Origin: Lama glama | Lineage: Eukaryota | Reading direction: 5' to 3' | Assembly: GCA_028534125.1 (NCBI GenBank) | Contig: CM052817.1 | Location: 43,464,001-43,528,000, forward strand | Length of the DNA stretch: 64,000 nt | Part shown: positions 12,624 to 24,474 of the stretch, in pieces | How the letters are laid out: every line of letters starts with the position of its first letter | Numbering within the stretch: position 1 is the first letter of the stretch | Notes under the pieces: generated by a model | Told to the model about the DNA's origin: nothing | Database searches by the model: none | The model's input: only the letters and a program-made list of their open reading frames with translations | Program-made: the position numbers and the translations under genes

Positions 12624-13569
12624 CTAGAAAGAAAATTCCTTAGATCAGCTTCCTTCCTGTCCAGTCTCTGTTCCAGAGACTAATTTATGAGGACACTGTC
12701 TGCAGCTGCACGGGGTAAAGTGAGGACAACATAAGAGATGTCAGATAAGTGAGCTCTGACGAGGCTCTGCATGTAGCAGCCTGAACGCCTCTCTGAGGCT
12801 GTTTCCTTGTTATGCTAGACACGGGCGTGTACGAGGATCGCTCCCGGCTTGTGCAAAGCCTGCCTATCAGAGGGGCTGCTGAGGGGCCAGATCTACTTGA
12901 TCTTATCCCGTCTGGGCCCCAGGGCTCTCTACCCCGAGCTACAGCATCTTCATGCAAAGCCTGCTCTAGGGAGTGGCCGATTCGCCTCCACAAACCTAAT
13001 CCAACCTCCTCCAAATGTCAATAGGTAAAGGATGTCAGAGACTCAACTAAGGATGCATCTGCTCTCTCCACTGACTTCAGGCATGTGACTCTCTTCTCCA
13101 AACTCAGATGTTGACCAACACAACAGAAAGAACCAATGACGTTAGAATTGAACGGGGCAGAAAAGAACTGTCCGGAAAGAAAAGGATTCCTGCTCACTTC
13201 GAGTAGAGCTGATGCCTTCACATGTTCGTTCACTCAGCAAGCACCGATGAGATGTACAGCCCTGACCCAGGTTCTCATGTGGTGGGTGGGGACCCCGCCC
13301 TCAAGGAGCTAGCGGGTCCCAGCCTTAGATGTGCACCCAAATAACCCAGGGGCGTGTTAGAAACACAGATGGCCAGGTTCGGGCTCAGAACCACCGAGCC
13401 CGTCTCGGGGAGCGAGGTGGCGCAGGAGACACGCTGTGATTAGCAGAGCTGTGGGTGCTGTTGTTTTCATGACCTGGGCAATTCGGATGCAGTCACGAGA
13501 CACATGTTTGAAAGGCAAAGTTCCAGCTGGTAAGGGAAGTCCTTCGTGCACTGGGAGATGTAACAAGGC

Positions 13570-13812
13570 ACCAGGACTAAGTATTTGGGTTTTGAAGTCA
13601 GTTAAATTTGTATTCAAGCCATGGTTTTGTCACTTTTTATCTGCATGTCCTACAGACCTTCCTGAAACTTTTTGAGCCTCAGTTTCCTTATCTGTAGAAC
13701 AAGGATAAGAGTCACGCCTATTTCATAAGGCTATTGTGAAGATTGAATGAAATCATGAATTTAAAGAACTCAGCACAGTGCCTGACACAAAGTAGTTGAA
13801 TAAATGTTTGCT
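13570..13812 (+). mobile_element. MIR SINE
   Basis: 'tgagcctcagtttccttatctgtagaac...gtgaagattgaatga...agcacagtgcctgacacaaagtag'. Confidence 0.7.
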
Positions 13813-14624
13813 GCTGACAGGTTTCCTTGGAGAAGTATCTCCTCTCGGTGCTGCCTTGCCCCACCTTCCCTCTCCGCCAAGAAGCTGGGGGAAATCTCTC
13901 ATCAGTCACCTTTCTCTCTACCTTGATTCAGTATTTCCAAGTCCCAAAGAAGCAGGTAAATATGCAGGACAGTACACGTGCTTCCAAAAAGACTTACGAA
14001 GTTAAGCTTACTCATTTACATGACTGAATCGGTCCTGAGGGAAAGTGACTAAAACAGAGTCTTGAAAACTGCCAGCATAGTTGTGAAATCATTTACAACA
14101 GGGAGGATTTGTGGTACTCTTCTTTTTCACCACAGACTGACGGCCCCTGGTTAGAAGGGGAAAAAATTGTAAGAGTTCTGTGGTCCTGAGTGCAGCAGAC
14201 CACCTCGGCTCACAACAAAGGAGAATTTCTTGGAATGGAAAGTATGCAATTTTGCGAAACCTTAAAGCATACCAAGTTGACTTGACTGATGTCTGACCTC
14301 TATCTGAGCCCCAGCTTCTCCGGCAGACCCGAGAGGCAGGGAGAAATGCAGAATGGAGGAACGGAGAAGGGAAATGGAACAGGAGCAAGGAAACTTCATC
14401 CTTTAATTCTCTTCTTCTCCTGACTGAGCACTGCCATTCGAAGAGCATAAGCTCCAAGAATTCTAACCCCTGGAGGACAAGGGAAAAGGCACTCTGTTTT
14501 TGACATTGCCTCCTTATAAACTCCTGGAGGACGGGGACTGTGTCTTCACTCATTTAAGTATGTTCAGCAGAGATGTGAACAAATCAGACACAAGTCCTGT
14601 CTGCTAAGCTTGGGGTCTGGCTAT

Positions 14625-14990
14625 CTACAGTTGTAAATGCAGATGCCTACGTGGCCCAGGAAGGCCATGCTGATCTTCAAAACAGGCTGGATGTGATAGG
14701 ACAGGGAACGGTGGGGACGGCGGCAACCCGAGGAGATCAGGCTTCCACCCAAGGAGACGATGGCTAGTCCTACTCCTGCACTGAGCGAATGCGAATTCAA
14801 GACTGCCAGACCTTCTGGCTTTGTCAAAAGACAAGGGAAGTCTCATTTTTTGTATGTGAAGTCTTCTGATTTTTAAAAGGAAAAGAATTAAAGATTTTCA
14901 AACATTGGAACATTCAGTGGACCAAAAAAAAACCAACCCATGCTTTGGGACCAAATACAACCTGAGAGTTTCCAGTCTGCCACCTCTGGT
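14625..14990. mobile_element. hAT-Charlie-type non-autonomous DNA transposon (MER102-like)
   Basis: Ends resemble the recalled consensus ('cagttgtaaatgcagatgcctac...gtctgccacctctg'). Internal 'ttttgtatgtgaagtcttctgatttttaaa'. Family assignment uncertain. Confidence 0.4.
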
Positions 14991-15060
14991 CTGCTGGCAC
15001 AATATCTAGAACATGGTAGGTACTCAAAAATATTTGCTTAATAAATAAATGAATGAATGA

Positions 15061-15061
15061 A

Positions 15062-15095
<34 letters not shown>

Positions 15096-15127
15096 CATAC
15101 ATACATACATATATACATACATACATA
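15061..15127. repeat. (TACA)n tetranucleotide microsatellite with TATA interruptions
   Basis: Directly visible; grew from the (TGAA)n tail of an L2/MIR 3' end at about 14990-15060. Confidence 0.95.
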
Positions 15128-15261
15128 ATGATGTCTTGCTATCATCAGAAGAAGTCTAAACATCTGATAACAGTATCTTCCCAATGTGGGACAGTGGACA
15201 TCTCCAGGAAAGGGGTATTGCCCAGGATAAAAGTCATTGTGCAATTCTGGAAGAGCTTTAC

Positions 15262-15408
15262 CTTTGCATGTCTTGGTGGAAAAGTCAAGATAGTACTGTG
15301 GGGCACAGCTCTCATGCTGACAGTCCCCAAAGAGCAGGACCTTGTTTGGATCTCGGCAGGAGGTACAGCTGGCCTGTGAATCACAGCTTCCACAATGTGC
15401 ATTGCACG
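15262..15408 (-). CDS. FRAS1: FRAS1 exon (approx. exon 23), 147 nt, furin-like repeat
   Basis: Acceptor TCAG, donor GTAAAG. Encodes PCNAHCGSCDSQASCTSCRDPNKVLLFGDCQHESCAPQYYLDFSTKTCK. Confidence 0.95.
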
Positions 15409-15839
15409 CTGAGCAGATAGGAAAAGTAAATGACCAGATGATTACAGTTGCAAATACTGAAGCACCATCAAACCGAGACAGATGCTGTGAAGGCAGAGAG
15501 CCGCCTCCAACCTGTTCTTTAATCATGCCTCAGAACCCTCAACAGAATTTATACGCATTCCAAGATCTCTGGAATAACAGTCCAAAGTTTCACTGAAACC
15601 TTGCTTTGTAAGGAATCAAGCCTCCTATACAGTTCATGAGGTAGAGCTGGAATTTTGTGGGATGCCAAGATTAAAATTAGGCATCGACTTACTCTGGAAT
15701 TCAGGAAATCTCATATTTTAAGATACAAAAGACCTTAAAGTGGCCCAGCTTACTGAACTACCCAGCTGTAATTCTTAAAGCCACTTAATCCAGGCATTCA
15801 GGGATGATTGCCGAGTCTGGTCATGCCTCTGTCTTCCCT

Positions 15840-16575
15840 AACTTAACTAGCATTTCTCCATCTACTCAGCTGTTCATGATAGAAACTTTAGAGTCTATCT
15901 TGACACCTCCCTTTCTCTCACTCCTAATCCAATCACTCACTGGATCTTATTTATTTATTTAATTCTCAGAACTTTCAGCTTTTCTCCACATCCACAAATG
16001 CCAATACATCCAAGCCATCATCATCTCCTACTGGACCACTAGCACAGCCTCCTAAATGGTCTGACTCCCTTGCTTTCTATTTTCCATGTATTCATCAGAG
16101 TGAGTTTTTTTTTTTATCCATTCTGCTCAAGTTTCAGAGGATACTTTGATCTATGAATTCATATCTTTCCTCAGTCCTAGAAAAATTCCAGCCATCATTC
16201 CTGCAAATATTCCTCCTCCACCATTCCTTCCATTCTTTTCACCTACAAATCATAATGCATACATTCAAACTCTCTCAATATAATCTCCCAATCTTTTCTC
16301 TTTCACTCTTACTCATGCTTCAGCCTCCTCTTCAAGAAGCCCTTGCCTGACTCTCTGGTCTAGAACAGGTCTCTCAGGCAGTGCTCTGACAGCACCCCAG
16401 ACCTTCCATTCATGCCATATGTAACAGTGTTCATTTCAGCGATGATTTAACATCTTATCCTTTAAAGCTGTAAGCTTCCTGAAAGCAAAGACCAAGTTTG
16501 TTTTGGTCCTTGCCATGGTCCCCAGCACCTCGCTGGTTATCTGTAATTTTGTAGGTGTTCAATAAACACTTGCCA
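15840..16575 (+). mobile_element. L2 3' region, interrupted by a short reverse L1 fragment (about 16105-16260)
   Basis: Pyrimidine-rich L2 body ending 'ctgtaagcttcctgaaagcaaagacc...gtaggtgttcaataaacacttg'. Confidence 0.65.
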
Positions 16576-16849
16576 CATAAATGGAAGAAGCCGGATACTG
16601 TAATTGTACATGAGCACGAGCGTCTCGGCCTCATTCGGAACTCCTCCCTCAGCGTGCGTCAGAGGGGAAGCCTAGAAAGGGGTCGCGTGAGTCTTACTTT
16701 CACAGGATACCAAAGTGTTTGGCGCAGTGCAGAAAAGTCACCTCCTTATAAAAGAAAAAGAAACTCCTCATTTCACCTACAAGAAAAGCCACTGGTATAA
16801 GATATTTGTTAGAATATGTAGACTGGTAATAAAAGGTCCTGGGGAAATT

Positions 16850-18450
16850 CTAGCCTGAATTTTCAAACAGTTGGAGAATAATTAGAAAAGAATACTCTCA
16901 TTGCTGGAAACTTATAGGGGACTAAATTTTACCCTTTGGGGGGTAGGATTTCTACACATGTTGTATCTTAATTTTGGCAAAGAGTTTGACAAAAATCCCA
17001 CAGATAAACTTGTGAATGTAAAAATGAAGTGGGGTCTAGCAGTTGAAGGTGGATTTGAAGATAGTTGAAATACACACTCAAAACATTGTCAGTAAACCTT
17101 TGTAATTGGAAAGGAAATGTCTTTAGCAGAGTATTATTATGAAGTCTTAATTATTTACTTGATTGGTATTTTTATTAGTGACTTTAATGAAAACAAAGAA
17201 ATCAGCCTAATGATATTTAAATATGCCACATCCACTCATATAGGATACACACATAGTTAAGTTTCACCAGTTGAAAGAAAAACTCACTAAACCAACTGAA
17301 GCAATAAACTAAAAGTAATCAGACGAAACAAAAGCTAAACTGTTTGTAATGTCCTGCATTATGTTCTATAATTAATTGTACAAATAGACGGTACAGTAGA
17401 CCTGTTTAGACTTCAGGATCATAAAAACGACCTCAGAATTTTAGTTGATTAAAAGCTTACTAAAAGTTGATATGGTTACTAAAGAAACTGACCCAATCTT
17501 AAGCTGAAGAGCCATAGTGTAATCTCAGTATCAGCTGGACCCTCTGCTGGATGTAGAGCTGAAGACTAACCCCTAGGCTAGTCCCTTGGTTGGGGTGACA
17601 GGTTGGTGCCCTGTCTGACAACTCAGACTCTTGTGTAGTCTACTCCCCAACCTTCTGTCTGCCTCTGTGTTCTTGAATACTTCTACGAAGTCTTTCATTC
17701 CCAAAGCATAACTCACCTCCTTCACTGACTCCCGAAAGAAACGGGTTCATGTTGAGCATTTTGAAATGTTAAAAGACTATGTGGGGGATTTGGAGGGAGG
17801 CAGGAGTGCCACGCTAAGGAGCAGGGGCTTCCATCATTTCTGTTTGAACAATTCCTCTCTTATTGAAGCCCTTAGCTCTCTCCAGGGCAACCCTCAAATG
17901 ACTACATCTTACTCAAAGTAGTTCTGCACACACCAAACCCCTTGGGTTCTCAGCTTCCACCTTCAGAGGAGTGTGGGTGAGGAGCCTTTTCTCCATCCTG
18001 CGATATTCAGACCACAGAGGTATCAGTCCTATTGCAGTCATGTTGGCATGACCATGTCTGGAGAACCTGGTGCAGTTCTCTGAGGTCAGTGACCCCAAGG
18101 AAAGTGCCAAGAGGACAGTGAAGAAGGTGGCGAGTGGACCAGAAGGCAGTGAGGGTAGCGGGGATGATCTTTAGCCATCATTCACTGAGGAGGAAGGGAC
18201 CTCACAGCTTACGAAGTTCATGCTCCCTCCTAAATAGGCTTGTTTTCTACAGTCCCTCTGAGAGACGGTTCTCCATTTCTGCTTAAAATACTCCACTGAC
18301 TCCAGTCCTGCCTGGAGCAGAGATGTCCGAGTGGGAGAGACAGCTTATTTCAAACCTTTGAAGGTAATCATGTGAAGGAGGGAGGGGACATGCTATCCTG
18401 CTCCAGAGGGAAGTGCTAGGGCTGATGAGAAAGAACCATCAAACAGCTGG
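16850..18450 (+). mobile_element. Ancient CR1/L3 LINE remnants, discontinuous
   Basis: 'ttttggcaaagagtttgacaaaaatccc' resembles the RT motif DFSKAFDKV; 'tttttattagtgactttaatgaa' resembles IFINDLD; 3' 'caaacctttgaagg...ctgctccagaggg'. Confidence 0.5.
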
Positions 18451-19539
18451 CATCCCCACCCTTGGCCTGGCTTCCTTCCTCAGCTGCAGAAGCCTGGAGG
18501 GGTGAGATGGAACCTCTGTGCTGGCGCCCCAGGGCTCTCCTCCTCCCGAGCACGGAGCACCGTGGTTTCCAGCACTGAGAGCCTCACTTATCACCTCTTC
18601 GTTAAAGCTCCTGCTCAGCTGGTTGTCCTTAGATTTTAGAGCTGGGTACGTAATTTCTAAAGGTTTCTATAACCAGAATCTAGACAGCTCTCCAGCTCTA
18701 ACTTTCTTCTATAATATGGTTTTTAATGCCTTCCCTTAATACTGATTATATTTCCTTAAAAGCCCTTTATCGCACAATTTCGAAAATTGTCAGGCCCATA
18801 ATTGTCTATAATGATGAATGTTAGAAAGGGACGTTGTGGATTTTTCTTTTTTTAATGTACTAGAAACTCAAATATCCCAACTTAGGGGCATATTTTATTC
18901 AAGCTTTGGAAGAAGGAAACTTTGGCTTTAGCAAAGGACTAAAGTTAGGAGATTCTTAATTTAACTGAAATAGTCTATAAAATCCTATTTACACGGTGGC
19001 ATAGCAAATGCATTTGTGCAGAGCAAAAGCTTCCCAGAAGAGAAATATTTTAATGCAACATATTTTTGTCACCTATATGCCATATAAGGGATTCTGTTTT
19101 CTCTTTTCAACTTTTATTTCTGTGATTTCATTGCTGTGAAGAGCCTCATAAATCTAGGTCACTACTTCTACACCAACACTCTCTGGCTCCGGAATAGAAC
19201 ATGCAAGTATTTCACTCGTGTCTCTAGTGTTACAGAATCTACAGATTTCGGCAGACGGTTGATATATACCAAATAAAGTTTTTGTTACAAAATGTAGAAA
19301 AATCTTTTCATTGGTCCAAAAAGGGATTTTATCTCTGGTATCTCAACAGATGATGCAAACAGTGGGTTCCCTGTAACTTCATTTCAAATGCAAATCCTTA
19401 CAAGCACCTCCATAAACTAACAGTAAGATCAATCTTTCTACCTACAAAATATAAATATCTTTTACTGCTTCATTTGCCTCTCACTTCACGTGATGATGAT
19501 GATAACAACAAGAGAGACAGTGAAAGCTGATTCTCTGCT

Positions 19540-19720
19540 AGGGTCTGTGTTAGAGCAGCAACACTAGATGCAGGCACTATTATCATCCCCCTTTTATAGA
19601 AAAAGGAAACTGACGCCTGGTGGTTAATTTACTTGCTCAAGGTCACAAAGCTGGTAGGTTGCAGCTAGGATTTGAACTTTAGTCACCTGATTCTAAAGCC
19701 CATTCTCCTAACCATTACTC
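19540..19720 (-). mobile_element. MIR SINE
   Basis: 'attatcatccccc ttttatag...ggaaactga...acttgctcaaggtcacaaagct...ggatttgaac'. Confidence 0.7.
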
Positions 19721-20532
19721 TGTAATTCCGTCAACATGGTACATCCTAGGACATAAAGTTGATATATCAGCCCTGCATTTGTTAACTGTCATCTTCAAAA
19801 GGAGAAAAATATAACACAATTTTCTGGCGAATGACACTTTACTGATCGAAATAAACTAAGCTGCCTCAGGCTATCTCAGAAATGTTCCTTCACCTGTGCA
19901 GGATTTTCTAATTTTTTTCCATCCAGATTTGCCCTTTCCCTAATTTATCCTAAATCTTTGTGCCTGACTCAGGTACTTAATCATATTTTCATTTATTTTA
20001 GGACTAAGACATCTATACAAGTAACTCTCATGCCAAAAAAATAACTACTGTTTGGGCAGAAACTGGATGCTTTATAGCATGCCAAGCCTTGAATATTGTC
20101 AATATTCAACAAATACATGTCAAAAACAAATTAAACCCAGAGAAGAGCTGAGGCCACCACCTGTGTAATAAAATGAACTCCCCTCTCTGCTCAGGCTCTT
20201 GGAATAGAAACACTGAGAGAAAACATAGGAATGAAATAGACTAATACTTTTATTATTTTAATGATATAACTAGAGAACAGAGAGGTTAAATGAATGGCCT
20301 GAGGTCACACAGCAGGGACTCGCAGAGGAGATCCCTAGCCCAGCACTTCCAGTGAAGCCCATACCTGAGTTATAAATCTGCTGATGGAGCCCATATGCCT
20401 TTGGAGATTCATTTTCTTCCTTTTATAAAAATCAAGGCTACCAGGTGTGAATATAGAAGCAAAAAGTTCCCATTTCCTTCAATGACCTCAGCAGAGCAGG
20501 ACAGGAGAGAAAGTTCATTTTTAAAAACTTAC

Positions 20533-20679
20533 GCTGACAAGCATGATTGTCATCAAGATAGTGCCCTGGGAAGCAGGCGGTGCTGCAGGTGCCAAGGTGG
20601 GACAGAACGAGGCCGGTGTCACAGGAGGAGCAGGAGAAGGGTCCTCTGCCCTGGCAGGTTCTGCAGGAGGAGTGACATT
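20533..20679 (-). CDS. FRAS1: FRAS1 exon (approx. exon 22), 147 nt, furin-like repeat
   Basis: Acceptor GCAG, donor GTAAGT. Encodes KCHSSCRTCQGRGPFSCSSCDTGLVLSHLGTCSTACFPGHYLDDNHACQ. Preceded by a short 220-nt intron. Confidence 0.95.
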
Positions 20680-20899
20680 CTGCAGAGGGAAGAGACGCAA
20701 AGAGAACCTGTGAAGCCAAACCCCCTTCCAAAGCTGTTAATAAAAGTGCCAGCGCAGAGAGCATTCGCTGGTCTGCTTTCTGGCCCCACAGTGTGCTTCC
20801 TGCCCTCTCTCTCGCCTGGGAAGTTCAAGCCTTCTCCACTATTGCCTCCAAGAGAAGCTCAAGACGCACCACCGGCTCCTGCGTCCAGCACTTACTCAC

Positions 20900-21052
20900 T
20901 TTGACAAGCTCCCCTCTCTGCGTAGTATCCAGAAGGGCAGTCGGGAACACAGCGGTCCCCCAGCAGCAGGTACCGGGCGTTCTGGCACCGCAGGCAGACG
21001 CTCCCGGTGTTGCGGAGATGGGCTGCACAGTGCTGGCACAGAGGATGGCAGT
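20900..21052 (-). CDS. FRAS1: FRAS1 exon (approx. exon 21), 153 nt, furin-like repeat (correct frame absent from the ORF track)
   Basis: Acceptor CCAG, donor GTGAGT. Hand translation: DCHPLCQHCAAHLRNTGSVCLRCQNARYLLLGDRCVPDCPSGYYAERGACQ. Confidence 0.94.
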
Positions 21053-23727
21053 CTGGAGAGGGAGGGGGTCACAGAGAAGGCACAGCGCTCATCACGACAC
21101 CGAAGGGTAAACGGGATTGTAATTACCACTGCTGCAGCACCGACAGCCGGAGAGTGGCCCAGAGGCAGTGTGCAGCAGTAAAGCAGAAGCCTGGGACCTG
21201 TACAAATTGTGTGTTTGAGGATTTTAGCAAATGACTGGGCCCAGCACAGCAATTGAATTTTCATCCCTTTCCAACTGAACAACCTTCAAGTTCTAGGGCA
21301 GCCTGTGACAGATACTCGCCAGGGGCATGGAGAGAACTGTTAGATAACAGGAACACTTCATCATATCAACATATCCCCAAGACCTCTACGAACTCAAGCA
21401 CAGCATGGCCCCCCTCCACACAGCTCCTGAGCTGTGCTCAGCACCCTCCCGAGCTCCTCCTCACAAACGTGGCCTTCCAGAGTCAGGATACCAATCTCAG
21501 GCGTTGGTATGGGGGGATTAGGACTGGTCGATAGGTGAATTGGTGGAAAATTTTAGTCTCTAACCAGAGATAAAAGTTACAAAAAAGAGTTGAGTTGAAA
21601 GTCATGTTCATGACTTGATTCCTGGTTCATAGCAGATGCTGTACCAGTTGTGAGTAAAGCTATAGGACTAATTATCTGGGACGGCCAGAATTGCCTCTTA
21701 TTCTTGCCCATATAATAGGCATCCTTTAGTTAAATAACATGATTGTGTTCAGCTCCCACGATAAGTGAAAATGCCCTCTGTCCTACCTTAAGTGGTAATT
21801 ATCCTTCAAATCCCATTTACCACCCTCCATCCCAAAGGTGGAAGAAAATCCACAAATCCTGAATTACCCACCAAAATGAAAAAGGAGTAAAGGCCTAGGA
21901 AATAAAGAAGAAAGAGCTCTGGTTATAGGACCTGTCCATCTTCCTCCTTAGGATTCAAAGCACTGTTTCCGGCTGCTAATGCACCACTCAGCAACCGGGT
22001 ATGTCTTGTTTCATCTCAAAGTCTTGTAGATCGGGATTGTGAATTCTAGCGATGTTTAGACTAAAAAAATCCTTGTCAATAAAACAGATTGCCTGTCTCC
22101 TGAAATCTGTGGAAGCAAGTCTTTCTCTCTATACCCTCAGTGATACACTTTCTTAATGGTTGATCATCTGAGATGCATTCCTTGCCAAAGAAGAGATTGT
22201 AGTCCCATTCCCGGCACCCACTCATCCGCACGAGAAGTCTTTCTGGGACCTCTGCAGCCACTCCAGAAGCTGAACACAGAATGTCCTCCTCAAAAATGCT
22301 GACTCTTCTAGCAGTACACAGACGAAGAGCCCCTGACCTCTCTCTGAACTTTGGGAGTTTCAGATTACAGGCAGCCTTTTGCCAATATTAGGAACAATTC
22401 TTGATACCCTCGGAGGCAAACTAATCCCATTATAGCCCTTCAGTAAATTCTACAGGAAATGATGGCTGTGCTGAGAGAAATCTGATAAGGAGGCTATTTC
22501 CCCCTGACTTAGTGTATGGTTTCCACACAAGGCCAACCTTTTTGTTTTCTTTTTCCCGGGCTCCCCCCACAGTGCCAGGAGCACTTCAAAAGTTCTGGAG
22601 CAAATGGCGGAGACCCTGCTTTATGATAACCTTAATGAGTGGGTACATGTCAGGACTGGAAATCAGGGAAACATTCCTGATTCAAGGCTCCATTATTTGA
22701 AAAGTCATGGCCTCTTCCTCTGTAAAGCAAGTGCTTACAGAGAGTTCTGGGCTCAGGCATGCATCAGCAAGACCTGCAGGTGTTCAGTGGTCTAAAAACC
22801 AGTTGCATCTAACTGAGGCTGGCTCTACTGTACAATTAGAGAAATGAAAAAGAATAATCACCAAGGGGATGCTTTGAAGAGAAAGTAAGCCGACCTCAGG
22901 TGTACTTTGTGGGTACAATAAATTAATATTTATGGATCTGTCTGATCCTGGGGATGTCTAGAAGCTGTTTAAGTGAAGAGTGTGATGCGTATTAATTACT
23001 CCTCCAGGAAGCTGGGCGAGGTTACGGACGCTCCCTCCAGCTCTCAGGGCAGCTGCTCTGGAACCCTTGCTCTGCCCCCCGCCCCCACGCCAGCATCAGC
23101 CCACCCTGCCCGCCCTCCTCCTCCTCCCCCCAGGGTAGTTCACCTTCTCCTTGATTCAGCTCACTGGGCACGAGCACCTTCGATTCTTTCCTGTTGACCA
23201 GTTTTATTTCATTACATCTCCCCTCACAGGATGAAATGGCCAATTTCCCCACCACATTTTTTGATCTATTTTTCCACATTATTTGAACATTATTGCCCTT
23301 TTATGCCCACCTCTCGTCATTCTCCTTGACCTCAACTTCCCCCCAAAGCTTTTCTCTACAACCACCCCATCTCTTGTCTTCCCTTCACCCCGCAACTCCT
23401 CATCTCACTGGCATCAGACAACTTCTTAGCAACCTAATCTAATGGCCTCCTCTAACGTCTAACCCACCTGGAGTCTCTGCAGTACTTTGGATCACCCCTC
23501 CTCCTCGACCTCCTTTCCCCTCCATGCTTTACCCTGGGGCTCCTCTTGGTCATTCTCTGCCTCTGATTGCCTGATAAACATAGAAATTCCTCGCAGCCCT
23601 CAACTTCTTCTGTCCTCCTAGCCAAGTCTCATTCTCTGGAGGCCTTAAACCAGGCGTGGCTGTGTGCGTCCTTTTGGTATACACCTACCAGAAGCCAGTA
23701 GAAAGGACTCAAAAGTTGCAGAGAGAG

Positions 23728-24474
23728 GGGATGTAAACTGATACAACCACTTTGGAAAACAGCATGGAATCTCCTCAGAAAAATTAAAAATAGAACTACC
23801 ATTCAATCCAGCAATTCCACTTCCAGGGATCTTTCTGAAGAAAACAAAAACACTAACTGGAAAAGATACACGCACCCCTATGTTCATTGCAGCATTATTT
23901 ATGAAAGCCACGGTATGAAAGCAACCTAAGTGTCCACCAATAGATGAATGGATAAAGAAGATGTGGTATACACATACACACACAATGGAATATTACTCAG
24001 ATATAAAAAGAGTGAAGTCTTGTCATTTGCAACAACAATGGATGAAACTTGACAGTATTATGCTAAGCGAAATAGGTCAGATAGAGAAAGACAAATGCCA
24101 TATGACTTCACCTACATGTGGAATCTAAAAAGCAAAGCAAATGAACAAACATAAAACAGAAACAAGAGTCACAGAACAAATAGGCAGTTGCCAGAGGGGA
24201 AGGGGTTAGAAGGGATGAGTGAAATAGGTGAGGGAGATTAAGAGGCACAAACTTCCAGTAACAAAATAAGTGAGTCATGGGGCTGAAATGTACAGCATGG
24301 GGAACACAGTCAATAACACTGTAATAACTTTGTATGGTGACAGATGGTAAGTAGACTTATCATGGCGATCATTTTGTAACGAACAGAAATATCGAATCAT
24401 TATGTTGTACAACAGGAACTAACACAGTGTTGTAGGTCAATTATACTTCAGTAAAAAAAAAAAACAAAAACAAA
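23728..24474 (+). mobile_element. 5'-truncated L1 (ORF2 end, 3' UTR and poly-A), laurasiatherian L1MA-like
   Basis: 'gggatgtaaactgatacaaccactttggaaaacagcatgga...aatagaactaccattcaatccagcaattccact'. A-tail at 24453-24475. Candidate TSD agagagag at 23720-23727 and 24475-24482. Confidence 0.9.

Noticed and set aside
14914..15379. ORFs with MYVC or IHTY repeats
   Set aside because: Translation of the (TACA)n microsatellite.
20395..21282. Cluster of overlapping ORFs on both strands
   Set aside because: These are shadows of two GC-rich, stop-poor FRAS1 exons and their 220-nt intron.
23645..23983. 112-aa ORF (and the similar one at 7953-8135)
   Set aside because: Antisense translation of L1 sequence, a common source of spurious proteins.
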